A stretch of DNA of 63,955 bases, filler included, from Craspedostauros australis (lineage: Eukaryota), in NCBI GenBank assembly GCA_030167865.1. It is 7 parts of 7 records of this genome, joined end to end, with 100 filler letters (N's around TTAATTAATTAA, not from the genome) between each part and the next. Parts side by side here need not be neighbours in the genome. Positions count along the whole stretch, not along the records: positions 1 to 26,783 come from JALAGF010005337.1; 6 more parts are not named here. One strand, written 5' to 3'. A program made the position numbers and the translations under genes. Position 1 is the stretch's first letter. Each line of letters starts with the position of its first letter. This document shows, piece by piece, positions 1-9,583 of this stretch. The notes beneath the pieces are model-generated. The model was not told where the DNA came from, made no database searches, and was given only the letters and a program-made list of their open reading frames with translations.

Positions 1-384
1 GCAGCGCAACGCAGCACACCGCATCAGCCTGAATGCGTCAACAACAACAACAACAAAATCACCGCATCACCGTGAATGCGTCAACACCAGAAACATCACA
101 CGAGAAGCAGCAAAGCACAGAAATCACAGACAGAGAGCACTACTCCCCAGAGTAGATCACACAGAATAACAACAACAGCACGAACAAAACCAAAACAAAC
201 ACCAAAAAACAACGAAAACAACAGAAACAGAAACACAAAGGAGAGAACTAACTAAGTACTCAATAGTAGTAGGAACAAACAAAGTACCATGATGGGTGCA
301 AACCACATATTTATGTCTAATCAAGTACTTAGTCTTGCCAATTCCGACATAAAAAGTAAGCTTTTCTCCTTTTCCGACAACTCC

Positions 385-420
385 CCGTGGGACTCCCAAT
401 GTGAAATGCGATAGGCCTCT
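385..420 (-). mobile_element. Terminus (TIR plus subterminal sequence) of a DNA transposon/MITE of the family seen at 27734-28422; the element extends leftward
   Basis: 398-420 AATGTGAAATGCGATAGGCCTCT is identical to 28400-28422 and is followed by AAT. 385-400 is the near reverse complement of 27754-27769. Confidence 0.7.
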
Positions 421-522
421 AATAACTTCACATCACACACACACACACTACTCGTATCGTCTCCCGATCATCACAAAACCATTCGATCAACAAGTACACA
501 AAGCACCAACAGCAAAGTCACC

Positions 523-1434
523 ATGGTCAAGGTGAGTCTCCCTGAACGATGTTGGTGAAGCCGCGTTGGTTGGTCAGTGTTGCGGACAAGTGTAGTACGA
601 GCAGGACCAATGACTCCGCATGTGGAAGCAGAATACAACGAAACACAATGGCGGTGCGAGGATCTACACGAATCAACACAGATCATCCTGCTTCGCTTTG
701 TTGTGATACTGCCCATCATCGTCTCACCTTGCCTCCATGATTTCTGCAACAACCCGCAGATCGTCCTCATCAGCACATCGGCTCCCATCCTGAAGGAGAC
801 CGAAGAAACCGGCGTCTGGATGGAAGAGATCGCCGCACCGTACTACAAATTCGTCGAGGCCGGATACGAGGTCACCATCGCTTCGCCTGCTGGCGGTGCC
901 ATCCCCGTCGATGCCGGCAGTCTCAGTGATCCCTTCTTCACCGATGCCTCCAAGAAATTCCTGCACGACGCCACCGCCATGGGCAAGTTCATGCATTCCA
1001 AGAAGCTTGAGACGCTCCAATTCCCATCCGACTACGATGCCATCTACATGCCGGGCGGGCACGGATGCTGCGTGGATTTCATCGACAATGCGACCCTCAA
1101 ATCGGCCATCGAGACCATGTACAATGCCGGCAAGATCGTCGCGACGGTCTGTCACGGACCCATCTGCTTGTGCGATTGCGAGACGCCGGATGGAAAGCCG
1201 TTCGTGCAGGGCAAGACGGTGACTGGATTTGCGGATTCGGAAGAAGAGGCCGTGCAGAAGGTCGAGCTGGTGCCGTACCTCATCGAGACCAGGTTCAAGG
1301 AGCAGGGCGCCAACTATGAAAAGGCCGATGACTGGAATTCCAAGGTCTGCATTGACGGCAACCTCATCACCGGACAGAATCCTCAATCGTCGGAGGCTGC
1401 CGCGGAAGCCGTTATCAAGGCGCTGGCTGCCTAG
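523..1434 (+). CDS. DJ-1/PfpI family protein (Hsp31/glyoxalase III-like); exons 523-531 and 760-1434
   Basis: ATG GTC AAG|GTGAGT...CCGCAG|ATC GTC CTC gives MVKIVLISTS. Motifs GVWMEEIAAPY, PGGHG, ATVCHGP (nucleophile Cys-His) and ITGQNPQS. Confidence 0.93.
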
Positions 1435-1782
1435 AGATAGCAAGTGCACTACCGTAGCAATTGAGCTCTGCCAAACACTGTTGTGCTCCGCTGCATTTCA
1501 ATCACTGCAGAAGAGTTGCTGTTTTGCTCGAGGTACTCCACACAACGGATGGCGACCATTAACAGTCACAATGCAAACAGATGTACTGTTGTGCCAAGCT
1601 GCCGTTTTCGCGCAAATTGAGCAATGATGCATCTTGCGGTCGAAGCTCCAGACCAAACATTTCACCACAGGTGGAGGAGCACCATTCTCTATAATACATG
1701 GGCGTTTATGTCTTTAATCGCTTTCCATTCATTTCTATAGCATGCCTGGTCGTGTGCTGCCGTTGGCTTGATCCTGTCCTCC

Positions 1783-4700
1783 TCATTTGTCCTTCTTGCC
1801 ACTCTCGTTCACTGGGCTTGGTGCGACCTGCGCTCTATTTGCCCGTCCCATCCGGAACCCTGGTGCGGCGCTGCGCAACCTTGGAGTTTGAGGCTTGGCG
1901 CCGAAGCTGAAAATGTTCGATTTGCCGCCTTCATCTCCTTTCTTGCCCGCCGCCCCGCCTTTGGAGCCCTTTGGCGTCTTCACATTCGAAATCCCAATGT
2001 CGGACAGTTCGATGGATTCCTCGGTGGCCGCGTTCTTCTGCAACTTCTGGGTTTCCTGGATGTCGGATGACAGGGTCACCTCGATGGAACTTTCGACCGG
2101 CGACATCACGGAGAGTTTCGTGCCAGGTGCGCCACCTTCGGCTTCATCATATGAGGTGCTTGGGCTCTTCATCGGTTCTTCATCACCCATCCCCAACTCG
2201 ACCATGTTGTTGCTGCCTTCGCTGCGGACGACCCTCTTGCCAGCCGCATCGTCGTCTGCGATTTTCAGCAAATCGTCGATCCCTGCCTGCAAAGTCTTGT
2301 CGGTCTCGGCCAGGAATTCACGCATGGAGTCTGGAACGAAGTCCTCGCTGTCCGAGCTGGGTTGCAACTCAACGTTCATCTCGACATCGGCGACGCCGGC
2401 TTGCTTGTTTTCGGATTGCTCCGCCTCTCTTGTTGCATTGTTGGCGACCGCGGGAGCGTTCGTTGTCTCCATCTCCTGCTTTTTGCTGCCATTGCTGTAG
2501 CTCCTGCTTGGAACATTGCCGATGAAGTCTTCGGGACAGGGGGGCTGGCGCTTGCGTGGCTTTGCGGAGGCCTCCTGCTGGACCTTCCGTGCCTTCTCCG
2601 CAAGTGTGGATTGCGGTTGATCACCGGGGGATGCGCTGGTGTTCTTGTCCTGTTCGGAAGGTGGAGCAACTTGGTTGGAAACGGCGTTGTCCAGTGGTTG
2701 GGCTTTTCGTTCATCGACGAGCGCGGGTTCGTCTTCATCAACATCCATCTTGTCCTTCGCTCCGTCACCTCCATGAGCAAGGCCTTCCACTGTTGGCAAC
2801 GTCGCTGCCAACGTGGCCTCCAACTCATCGATGGCAGGTGCCATCACGGCATCGTATTCCTCACTTTCAAATGAACTTTTGTCGGGTTTGGCCGTTAGTG
2901 CCATGACGTCTTCAATTTGGTCCACCATCACCCGGTCGGCGTCCTCGATGAAACTCCTCAGTGATTCTGGAATGTAATCATCGTCGTCTTCATTCTCGCC
3001 CTCATCGTCATGCGCAGTAGTCTTATCGCTGGAGTCGACGTTGTGGCGAATGACATCCTTCCCTTCGTCGGCATCTTCCTCCGCGAACGCACTTTCGCTT
3101 GTGACAACTTCGATCCCAGCCTCCGTCTTCGGAGACGTGGCCTTGCCGGTGGTCGGGGTGCCCTTACCTTGATTGTTTATGAGTTCAGTCTCTGTCGAAT
3201 GCGATTTGATGTTCGATGCAACCTGCCCCGTGTGCTCGTCGGACTGCGACGGCGATTCTTGATCCTTGGTGGTGGCAACAGCGACGGCGGCCTCATCACC
3301 TTTGCTCCTTTGTCGTTGCTCGTCTTGTGTCTTCGCGGCGATTCCGGAATCATCCGTGTAGCTTGGCATGATCGGGAAAGTCCTCCCCTCACGCATGGTG
3401 TGCTCGTGCTCTGTGCCAGCGCACAGTACCGAATCGAACTTATCCGACATGAGCTGGTTGGCCGCCTTGAGGAATCCCTTCAGCGCGCCCGGGACGAAGG
3501 CGTCGTCTTCGCTCACATACGTCTCGATATCGCGTGTCGATCCAGACCAGACGGAGAAGTCTTCGGCTTCATCCTGATCTCGTCGTCCTCCACGCCGCAG
3601 CGATTCGAGATTGTTCTTGAGGTGCTGCTGCAACGGTAGATCGTGCAATTTGTCCGAGCTCGCAGATTCAGATGAAGGTAGTTGTATGGCGTCACTGTTC
3701 CCCTCATCGGCTGCCATGCGCTTGGTGGCCTGTTCCACCTGCGCTTTGATGCGAGCAAGCGCTGCGCTTTCGGCCGCCCGGCGTTCCTCATCCACATCTT
3801 CCGACGTGCTGGGCTGGTCTTGAAGATCTTGGCTGCTTTGGGATTCGATTGTCACTGCATTACTCTCGGGCGATTTCACGTCTTGCTGTTTGATTCCACC
3901 ATGCTGGTCAACTGCAGGAGCCGAAATAGAAGCAAGCGCAGGAGCAGGAGCAGCGGCAACTTGCGCGTAGGACATGCCGCTGCTTGCACGCACTTTACTG
4001 CTTGTCGCCCTGGTCGGTGCAGTTGCATTCGAAGCCGACGTAGCGGCTGAAGCAGCAGCGGGGATGACATCTGAGTTTTCGAATGGCTTCTCCTTTGATT
4101 CTGATTTCTCTGCGATTTCGTCAACCGGCTTGGAGACTGGAGGGGTGATGACGACCGTTGGAGCAGCTGGTTTGGACTCCGTCGGTTTGTTCAGAGCGGC
4201 ATCGTCAATGCTGAATGAGACCAGATTCTCCAACTCCGTTGCGCTGTTCAACAGCTCTTGCTGCAGTATGTCCAATCCTGCAGTCGGATCGTCTACCTCC
4301 GATTCTTCGTTGCCGATGTTGGGCACAGGGGCAGCTTGCACCTTCGGAGGGTTCTCCGCTTTCTTCAGGATACCATCCAGACTCTTTGGCTTCTGCGGTG
4401 TCGTATCGCCGCCGCTGCCATCGCCACGTGATCGCAGTATGGCATCAGCTTGCATCTTGATGTCTTCCTGTTGCATGAGCTTGGAGAGCTCGTCCTCCGC
4501 AGCACGGCAGGCCTTCTCCTCGGCCTCGACGGTGGCTTCTTGCTCTTCCCGCAGCTGTCGCTCATGTTCTTCTTTCATCTTGCGCAGTTCCACCTGAGCG
4601 TGCATCTTGGCTGTCTCCTCAAGTTTGATACGCTCTGCTTCTTTCTTGGCCCTTTCATGCTCCTCCTTCATTGCACGTGCCTTGGCTTCTTCTTCCGCCT

Positions 4701-7700
4701 TGAGCTTGCCTTGCAATTGAGCCTCTGCCTCCAGCTTCTTCAATATCTGTTCCTCCTCCTCCTTTACCTTGCGCTCCAGCTCGAGTTGTCGCTTCTGCTC
4801 TGCCTCGGCCGCTTGTCGCTTGGCCTCCTCCAAAACCGCGGCCGCAGCCACCGCCTTCTTTTGCGCGCTCTGCATCTCGGCTTGCCGCCGTTCTTCTCGC
4901 ATTTCCTCCGCCAGCCTCTCCATTTCCGCGGTCTTTGCTTCGGCTTCCTTCTTCCTTGCTGCCTTTTCTACTTCGCGCTTTCGTGACTCCTCGGCAAGTC
5001 GGGCTTCTTCCGCGGCTCTGGCTTCGGCCTCCCTTTGCTTCTCGATGCGCGTTTGGGCAAGGCGCTCCGTCTTCATGGCGACGCGAGCTGCCTCCGTCGC
5101 CTTCGCGCGTTCTCTTGCATCCTCAGTATTCTTGGCGAGCAGCTGCGCACGTTTCTCCCGCTCGGCCTTCTTCCTTTTCATCTCCCGGGCCTTCTCCACG
5201 AGCTTCTTGCGCTCTTCCCGCTGCCGTGCCTCGTCACGCTTGGTCTTGGCCGCTGCTTCCTTCTCTGCCTCCTGCCGTTTCCTTTCGGCCGCTGCCTTTT
5301 TCGTGCGTTCTTCTCGCTTGATGCGTTTCTCGGCAGCCTCCTGTCGGATCAGCATGAGTTTCTTCTCCTGCGCCGATGTCGGCGTATCCAGCTTTGCGCT
5401 TCGTGTGGAGGAAGGACGGCTGTCTCCGCTGCCTGGGACTCGACGGGGAGACGAAGCACGCGCCGTTTGCGATTTCGTGGAATCTTGAGCGGGGTCACCA
5501 CCAGCTGACATGTTCGTTTGAATTGGATCGGGCCTTGCCCTCGTCGATCCTAGTGGTGGGGCCATCGGCGACCTCGACCTGTCACGATACGGGGACGAAT
5601 CTGACGAACGCAGCGATTTCTCGAAGCTCAATGTGCGCGCTCGAGAACCCAAGCCATCCGCTTCGTATGGTGACAGCCTGGATTTGGTGGGACTCATGTA
5701 CCTTGGTGGTGATGGCGATTGCGAAGGTTCAGCAGCCGACGACGACTGCTTGGTTGCATCGGTTTTTGGCTCACCGGAGGTTGGCTCCGTCTGTTTGGAC
5801 GAGGACGGTTGCTCATCTTGGGGCTTGAGTTCCTCTGCGGGTGTCACTTTTGCCGATGGATCATCCTCATGAGGCTTCTCGCTGGAAATGACATGGTCTT
5901 CATTCACAATTTCAGCGGGCACGGTTGCAGTCGACATTGCAGCGTCGATTGCAGGCTCCGTCGTGGCAGACGCCTTCGCAGAAGCGGTCTCGCTTTCAGT
6001 AGGCGAATGTTGTGCGGGTTCCTTGGTGTCTGTGGCACGCCGGAACTTGGGAACCGGTGGTTTGCGCTTGCTGCGCGCAGCTGGATCCGGTTGGGTAGGC
6101 GTGACCTTCTTGGGACGCTGTCCTGTGTGACGCGGCACAGGTGCTTTCCTTCGGTTGGCACCCATGGGGAGTCGCGACGAGGATGATGCTGCCGTGCTTC
6201 GCTTGGCGTTGACGGAGCGTTTCTTGGGTGCAGTGACCTTCTTTCCGGGCGTGGACAAATCCAGCCGCTGTTTGACCTGCGTTAGATGCCTGCGTCGGAA
6301 TGGCTCGGCGTTTTCGGGACCGATGGAGGCTTCGCCGATGGCAGGTGAATCCATGCCGTTGACGGATGATGCCATGGGACTGTCGGATACAGTCTTCGCG
6401 CGTGGGTGGCCTGTGGATTTGGACTTGATCTCGATGGGGACCGGACGAGGACTGCTGCTGTCGCCGCGTTGCTCACGAGATGCCGATGATGGTGCAAATC
6501 GAGGGCGGATGATTCTGGAAGGAAAGGTGGAGCCGACGGATGGCATTGGCTGTCCGGACCTTGTCGGACTGGGCTGTCTGCCGGATTTGGATTTGATCTG
6601 CGACATCGTCGCCGTGGTCTTCTTCTTTTCCAGCTCCTGCCGACGCACGTGCACTTGCTCCTGATGAAACAGCCGTTCCTGCCTGGCGGCCTCCGCTGTA
6701 TCGCGTTGCATGCGCTGCTTTTCCTCCGCGGAGGGCGATGCCACAATTCCCATTGCCTCTTGCACCGCAGCGTTGTCCGCACATGGATGTGGATACGACG
6801 AGGATTGGTACAGTGGAAAGTAGACGCCGATTTTGCCCGCGTCTCCAATTTTGCTCTCATCTTCTGGCGCTGCTGCTTCCTCGCGTTCGATGTCCGCCTG
6901 AATATCCAGACAAAGCACCGCGAGTCCGCCGAGCCCTCCGAATACCGAATACGGTCGATTGGGAATCTCGAGGAGCGAAGACAGATGATCGGCGGCATAA
7001 TGTAGGTAGTACATGGCCCGTTGCTTCCAGAGCATGGCATCGTCCATCTGGTTGGCTTGAAGGACGTGCGACAAGGCGAGGAAGACGTAGGCGTTGCCCG
7101 TGATGCCGTATCCCAGACCGATGCCCTTCGTGAGCAAGCCACGTTTCCATACCACAGCATGCGCGAGTTTGGCGGCCTGCTGGATGTACTCCGTCTGGCA
7201 CGACTCGTACACCTGCGAGGCTCGCAGCAGCAGCAAGCAATAGCCCGGTGCACCGTGGGACCATTCCACCAGGCGATCCGGGACTGTGGAGTTGAGGGTC
7301 GGTTTCAAGTTCCCGGACTCCTTGTAGACCTGGGTGGACAAGGAGTCGATGGCAAGCCGGATCATGTCGAACGCTCGTGGCAGCTGCTTGTCGAGCTCCT
7401 TCCATTCGTCGCTGGTCATTCCCAGGATCGTGTGTAGGATGCCGACGGTGCCGTGCACTGTGCCGAGGAAGAACTTGGGCGTGTTGCGTGGCGAGGTGAG
7501 GCCAGCGGTGGGCGTGGAACCTTCCCACACCAACTCGACGCTGGATGATTTGGATCGTGCGGTGGCAAAGCCAGTCGTGAGCAAATATCTGGCCTGCGCC
7601 ACAAAGAATGCGGTTCCGTATGCTGGATCCTGCAGTTCCTGGCGCAGCAAGAGGATGGCCTGCAGAGCGCCAGCACGTCCCGACAGCATGTCGTTCGGTG

Positions 7701-8673
7701 GCATCGATGACTGTCGCTGCCGCGATGACATCGATGATGATGACCCTTTCCTGGAGGATGGTATTGGGCAGGATGCCTCGAGCATGTTCAAGACTTCGTC
7801 CGCAACGCTTCGCGCGCGGTCCACCTTCCTCAAACGCACGTAGCAGGCAACCATCATACATCTGGGACCGACCCATTCCGATTGGAGCAAGCTGACGTGA
7901 TGCCTGAGGCGCTTGTTGTTGCTCCCGCTCGATGACCGGCGTTTGGTGCTGTTGGTGGCATTCGTGTTGTGCGTGGCGGTCGAGGAGACGGAAGAAGCTG
8001 ATGATTTGGTGGCAGACCGGCCTCGCAGCATCGGCGGCGGAGACGCGAGGTTCCTCGCCGTGCTGGGCTGGAAGATGAGGGCGTTGGATTGGCAGAAGTC
8101 CGCCGCGTTGCGCGCCGATTCCAGAGCCTGCTGGATGTACTTCTTGTGATTGAGACTGGCGCCATCCTTGAGCATCAAGCGATCGCCCAGCTTCATGGTG
8201 AGGAAGCTGGTGATGCCGATCCCGCCATGGTAGATGTCTCCGAAGTGATTGCCGGCGGCGTGAACCCTGGCAGTGCACTGCGTGTAGTATTCCCTGGCCA
8301 TGTTGGTCCACTTCTCCTTGTTGCGCGACATGTCCTGCAGGTAGTGCTTCTTCTGGAAGGCGTCCAGATCGAGTTCCGGTGGCAGCGGAAAGAACCGCTC
8401 GCTGGGTGGCCTCGCCAACGAGGATCCTTGCGTGACGATGGCCCCTCCGGCTGTGGCAACCGACAGCGTGGACGATGACCCCGATCTGCTGTGGCCATGA
8501 CCTCGCTTGGATCGCAACTCCGCCTGGGCCCGCGACGATGTCCGAGGTCTCGATCCGACCATCATCTTGGATACGACAACACCGCCTGCGTCTGCGGCGT
8601 TTGGATGGGAGGGAATTCGAGTGGGAGAGGCGCGAAAGTGTGCTCTGCTGATGATCTTCTGTGCTTGTCTCAC
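1783..8673 (-). CDS. Giant protein: N-terminal LanC-like (LanCL) domain with degenerate Zn site, Ser/Pro-rich linker, long E/K/R/A coiled coil, acidic low-complexity tail
   Basis: 2296-codon uninterrupted ORF. LanCL motifs ERFFPLP, DMLSGRAG, GTVHGTVGI, EWSHGAPG, WKRGLLTKGIGLGYGITGNAY, RPYSVFGG. Exact start codon uncertain. Confidence 0.85.
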   Translation of the reverse strand: MRQAQKIISRAHFRASPTRIPSHPNAADAGGVVVSKMMVGSRPRTSSRAQAELRSKRGHGHSRSGSSSTLSVATAGGAIVTQGSSLARPPSERFFPLPPELDLDAFQKKHYLQDMSRNKEKWTNMAREYYTQCTARVHAAGNHFGDIYHGGIGITSFLTMKLGDRLMLKDGASLNHKKYIQQALESARNAADFCQSNALIFQPSTARNLASPPPMLRGRSATKSSASSVSSTATHNTNATNSTKRRSSSGSNNKRLRHHVSLLQSEWVGPRCMMVACYVRLRKVDRARSVADEVLNMLEASCPIPSSRKGSSSSMSSRQRQSSMPPNDMLSGRAGALQAILLLRQELQDPAYGTAFFVAQARYLLTTGFATARSKSSSVELVWEGSTPTAGLTSPRNTPKFFLGTVHGTVGILHTILGMTSDEWKELDKQLPRAFDMIRLAIDSLSTQVYKESGNLKPTLNSTVPDRLVEWSHGAPGYCLLLLRASQVYESCQTEYIQQAAKLAHAVVWKRGLLTKGIGLGYGITGNAYVFLALSHVLQANQMDDAMLWKQRAMYYLHYAADHLSSLLEIPNRPYSVFGGLGGLAVLCLDIQADIEREEAAAPEDESKIGDAGKIGVYFPLYQSSSYPHPCADNAAVQEAMGIVASPSAEEKQRMQRDTAEAARQERLFHQEQVHVRRQELEKKKTTATMSQIKSKSGRQPSPTRSGQPMPSVGSTFPSRIIRPRFAPSSASREQRGDSSSPRPVPIEIKSKSTGHPRAKTVSDSPMASSVNGMDSPAIGEASIGPENAEPFRRRHLTQVKQRLDLSTPGKKVTAPKKRSVNAKRSTAASSSSRLPMGANRRKAPVPRHTGQRPKKVTPTQPDPAARSKRKPPVPKFRRATDTKEPAQHSPTESETASAKASATTEPAIDAAMSTATVPAEIVNEDHVISSEKPHEDDPSAKVTPAEELKPQDEQPSSSKQTEPTSGEPKTDATKQSSSAAEPSQSPSPPRYMSPTKSRLSPYEADGLGSRARTLSFEKSLRSSDSSPYRDRSRSPMAPPLGSTRARPDPIQTNMSAGGDPAQDSTKSQTARASSPRRVPGSGDSRPSSTRSAKLDTPTSAQEKKLMLIRQEAAEKRIKREERTKKAAAERKRQEAEKEAAAKTKRDEARQREERKKLVEKAREMKRKKAEREKRAQLLAKNTEDARERAKATEAARVAMKTERLAQTRIEKQREAEARAAEEARLAEESRKREVEKAARKKEAEAKTAEMERLAEEMREERRQAEMQSAQKKAVAAAAVLEEAKRQAAEAEQKRQLELERKVKEEEEQILKKLEAEAQLQGKLKAEEEAKARAMKEEHERAKKEAERIKLEETAKMHAQVELRKMKEEHERQLREEQEATVEAEEKACRAAEDELSKLMQQEDIKMQADAILRSRGDGSGGDTTPQKPKSLDGILKKAENPPKVQAAPVPNIGNEESEVDDPTAGLDILQQELLNSATELENLVSFSIDDAALNKPTESKPAAPTVVITPPVSKPVDEIAEKSESKEKPFENSDVIPAAASAATSASNATAPTRATSSKVRASSGMSYAQVAAAPAPALASISAPAVDQHGGIKQQDVKSPESNAVTIESQSSQDLQDQPSTSEDVDEERRAAESAALARIKAQVEQATKRMAADEGNSDAIQLPSSESASSDKLHDLPLQQHLKNNLESLRRGGRRDQDEAEDFSVWSGSTRDIETYVSEDDAFVPGALKGFLKAANQLMSDKFDSVLCAGTEHEHTMREGRTFPIMPSYTDDSGIAAKTQDEQRQRSKGDEAAVAVATTKDQESPSQSDEHTGQVASNIKSHSTETELINNQGKGTPTTGKATSPKTEAGIEVVTSESAFAEEDADEGKDVIRHNVDSSDKTTAHDDEGENEDDDDYIPESLRSFIEDADRVMVDQIEDVMALTAKPDKSSFESEEYDAVMAPAIDELEATLAATLPTVEGLAHGGDGAKDKMDVDEDEPALVDERKAQPLDNAVSNQVAPPSEQDKNTSASPGDQPQSTLAEKARKVQQEASAKPRKRQPPCPEDFIGNVPSRSYSNGSKKQEMETTNAPAVANNATREAEQSENKQAGVADVEMNVELQPSSDSEDFVPDSMREFLAETDKTLQAGIDDLLKIADDDAAGKRVVRSEGSNNMVELGMGDEEPMKSPSTSYDEAEGGAPGTKLSVMSPVESSIEVTLSSDIQETQKLQKNAATEESIELSDIGISNVKTPKGSKGGAAGKKGDEGGKSNIFSFGAKPQTPRLRSAAPGFRMGRANRAQVAPSPVNESGKKDK

Positions 8674-9583
8674 TCAACTCAACTCGACTCAACTCAACTC
8701 TGATCTGCTCTGTTCGCTCGTTCAAGCCAACTGGGATGACTGAATTTGTTGAAAGTCACGGATGGGAGGAATGGTGAGGACTTCGACAGCACCTCGATGG
8801 ATCGATCCGTTCTCTGCGCCTGCCGAGAATCTGATGCTGCTGCCCAGATGGAATGCAAGTGTGCTCCGCTGCGGATGGACGCAAGATGGCTGCGATACTC
8901 CACAAGATGCCTTCTCCGACTGTCGAGATGGCCGAAGCTGAAGCCTCTCCTGAGTCACGAACGACGGCGGAATTGGATTTTGGACAGAGATCTTTGCGAA
9001 CAGAGATGGTCCTCTGTTCCGGTGGACGGCCAGCTGCGTTGTTTCTATTGTCGATAACGATGTCGATGATGATGCGATGCCGATGATCTGGTGGTCGTCC
9101 AATGTGCTCCTTCACCTGCCTTGCTCTCTTGTGGAGTGCTCTTGCCACCTGCTCTATTATAAGTCGTTGCATGCAACGTGTGGTTCCTCCACGCGTACGC
9201 TGTGATACTCCGCGTGAGTGTTTGGCACACAGAGAGTAATTGTGACTTCAACAGATTTGTGTTGAATCGAGGTGCGCCGATTATTGTTGGATGCAGATGC
9301 GCCTGTGCGAGCTTTTCGGTTTTGAACGAGCGCCAATTTTCGATCTGTCACAGCTAATATCTTCGAAGGCGGGATCGGGAGAAATATTTCGCACCGAACA
9401 CTGGCGCGGATGGTCGATCGTATTCGAACCGTTCGAGTTCAACTTAACGGTCACTTTTCGTTTGGTGCGACTGGTTTGGATCGTGTGGAGATGGTTGGTC
9501 GTAGGATAATCCATCGAGACTAGTCATACGAGAAGAACCAGACTCTACAATGTTCAACTCGTTGTATTGGTAGATATGAGAAC

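Noticed and set aside
17..260. Two ~28-bp direct repeats (about 18-45 and 61-88) and A/C-rich runs as a CRISPR-like or telomeric array
   Set aside because: Only two imperfect copies, no spacer pattern and no telomeric unit; simple low-complexity DNA at the window edge.
577..759. N-terminal extension of DJ-1 in the ORF track (likewise 36087-36215 for CNOT9)
   Set aside because: These fall within GT-AG introns; spliced models give canonical N-termini.
6857..8725. 622-aa alternative-frame ORF over the LanCL gene and many other long antisense or overlapping ORFs
   Set aside because: Shadow ORFs expected from GC-rich codon usage; no recognisable motifs.
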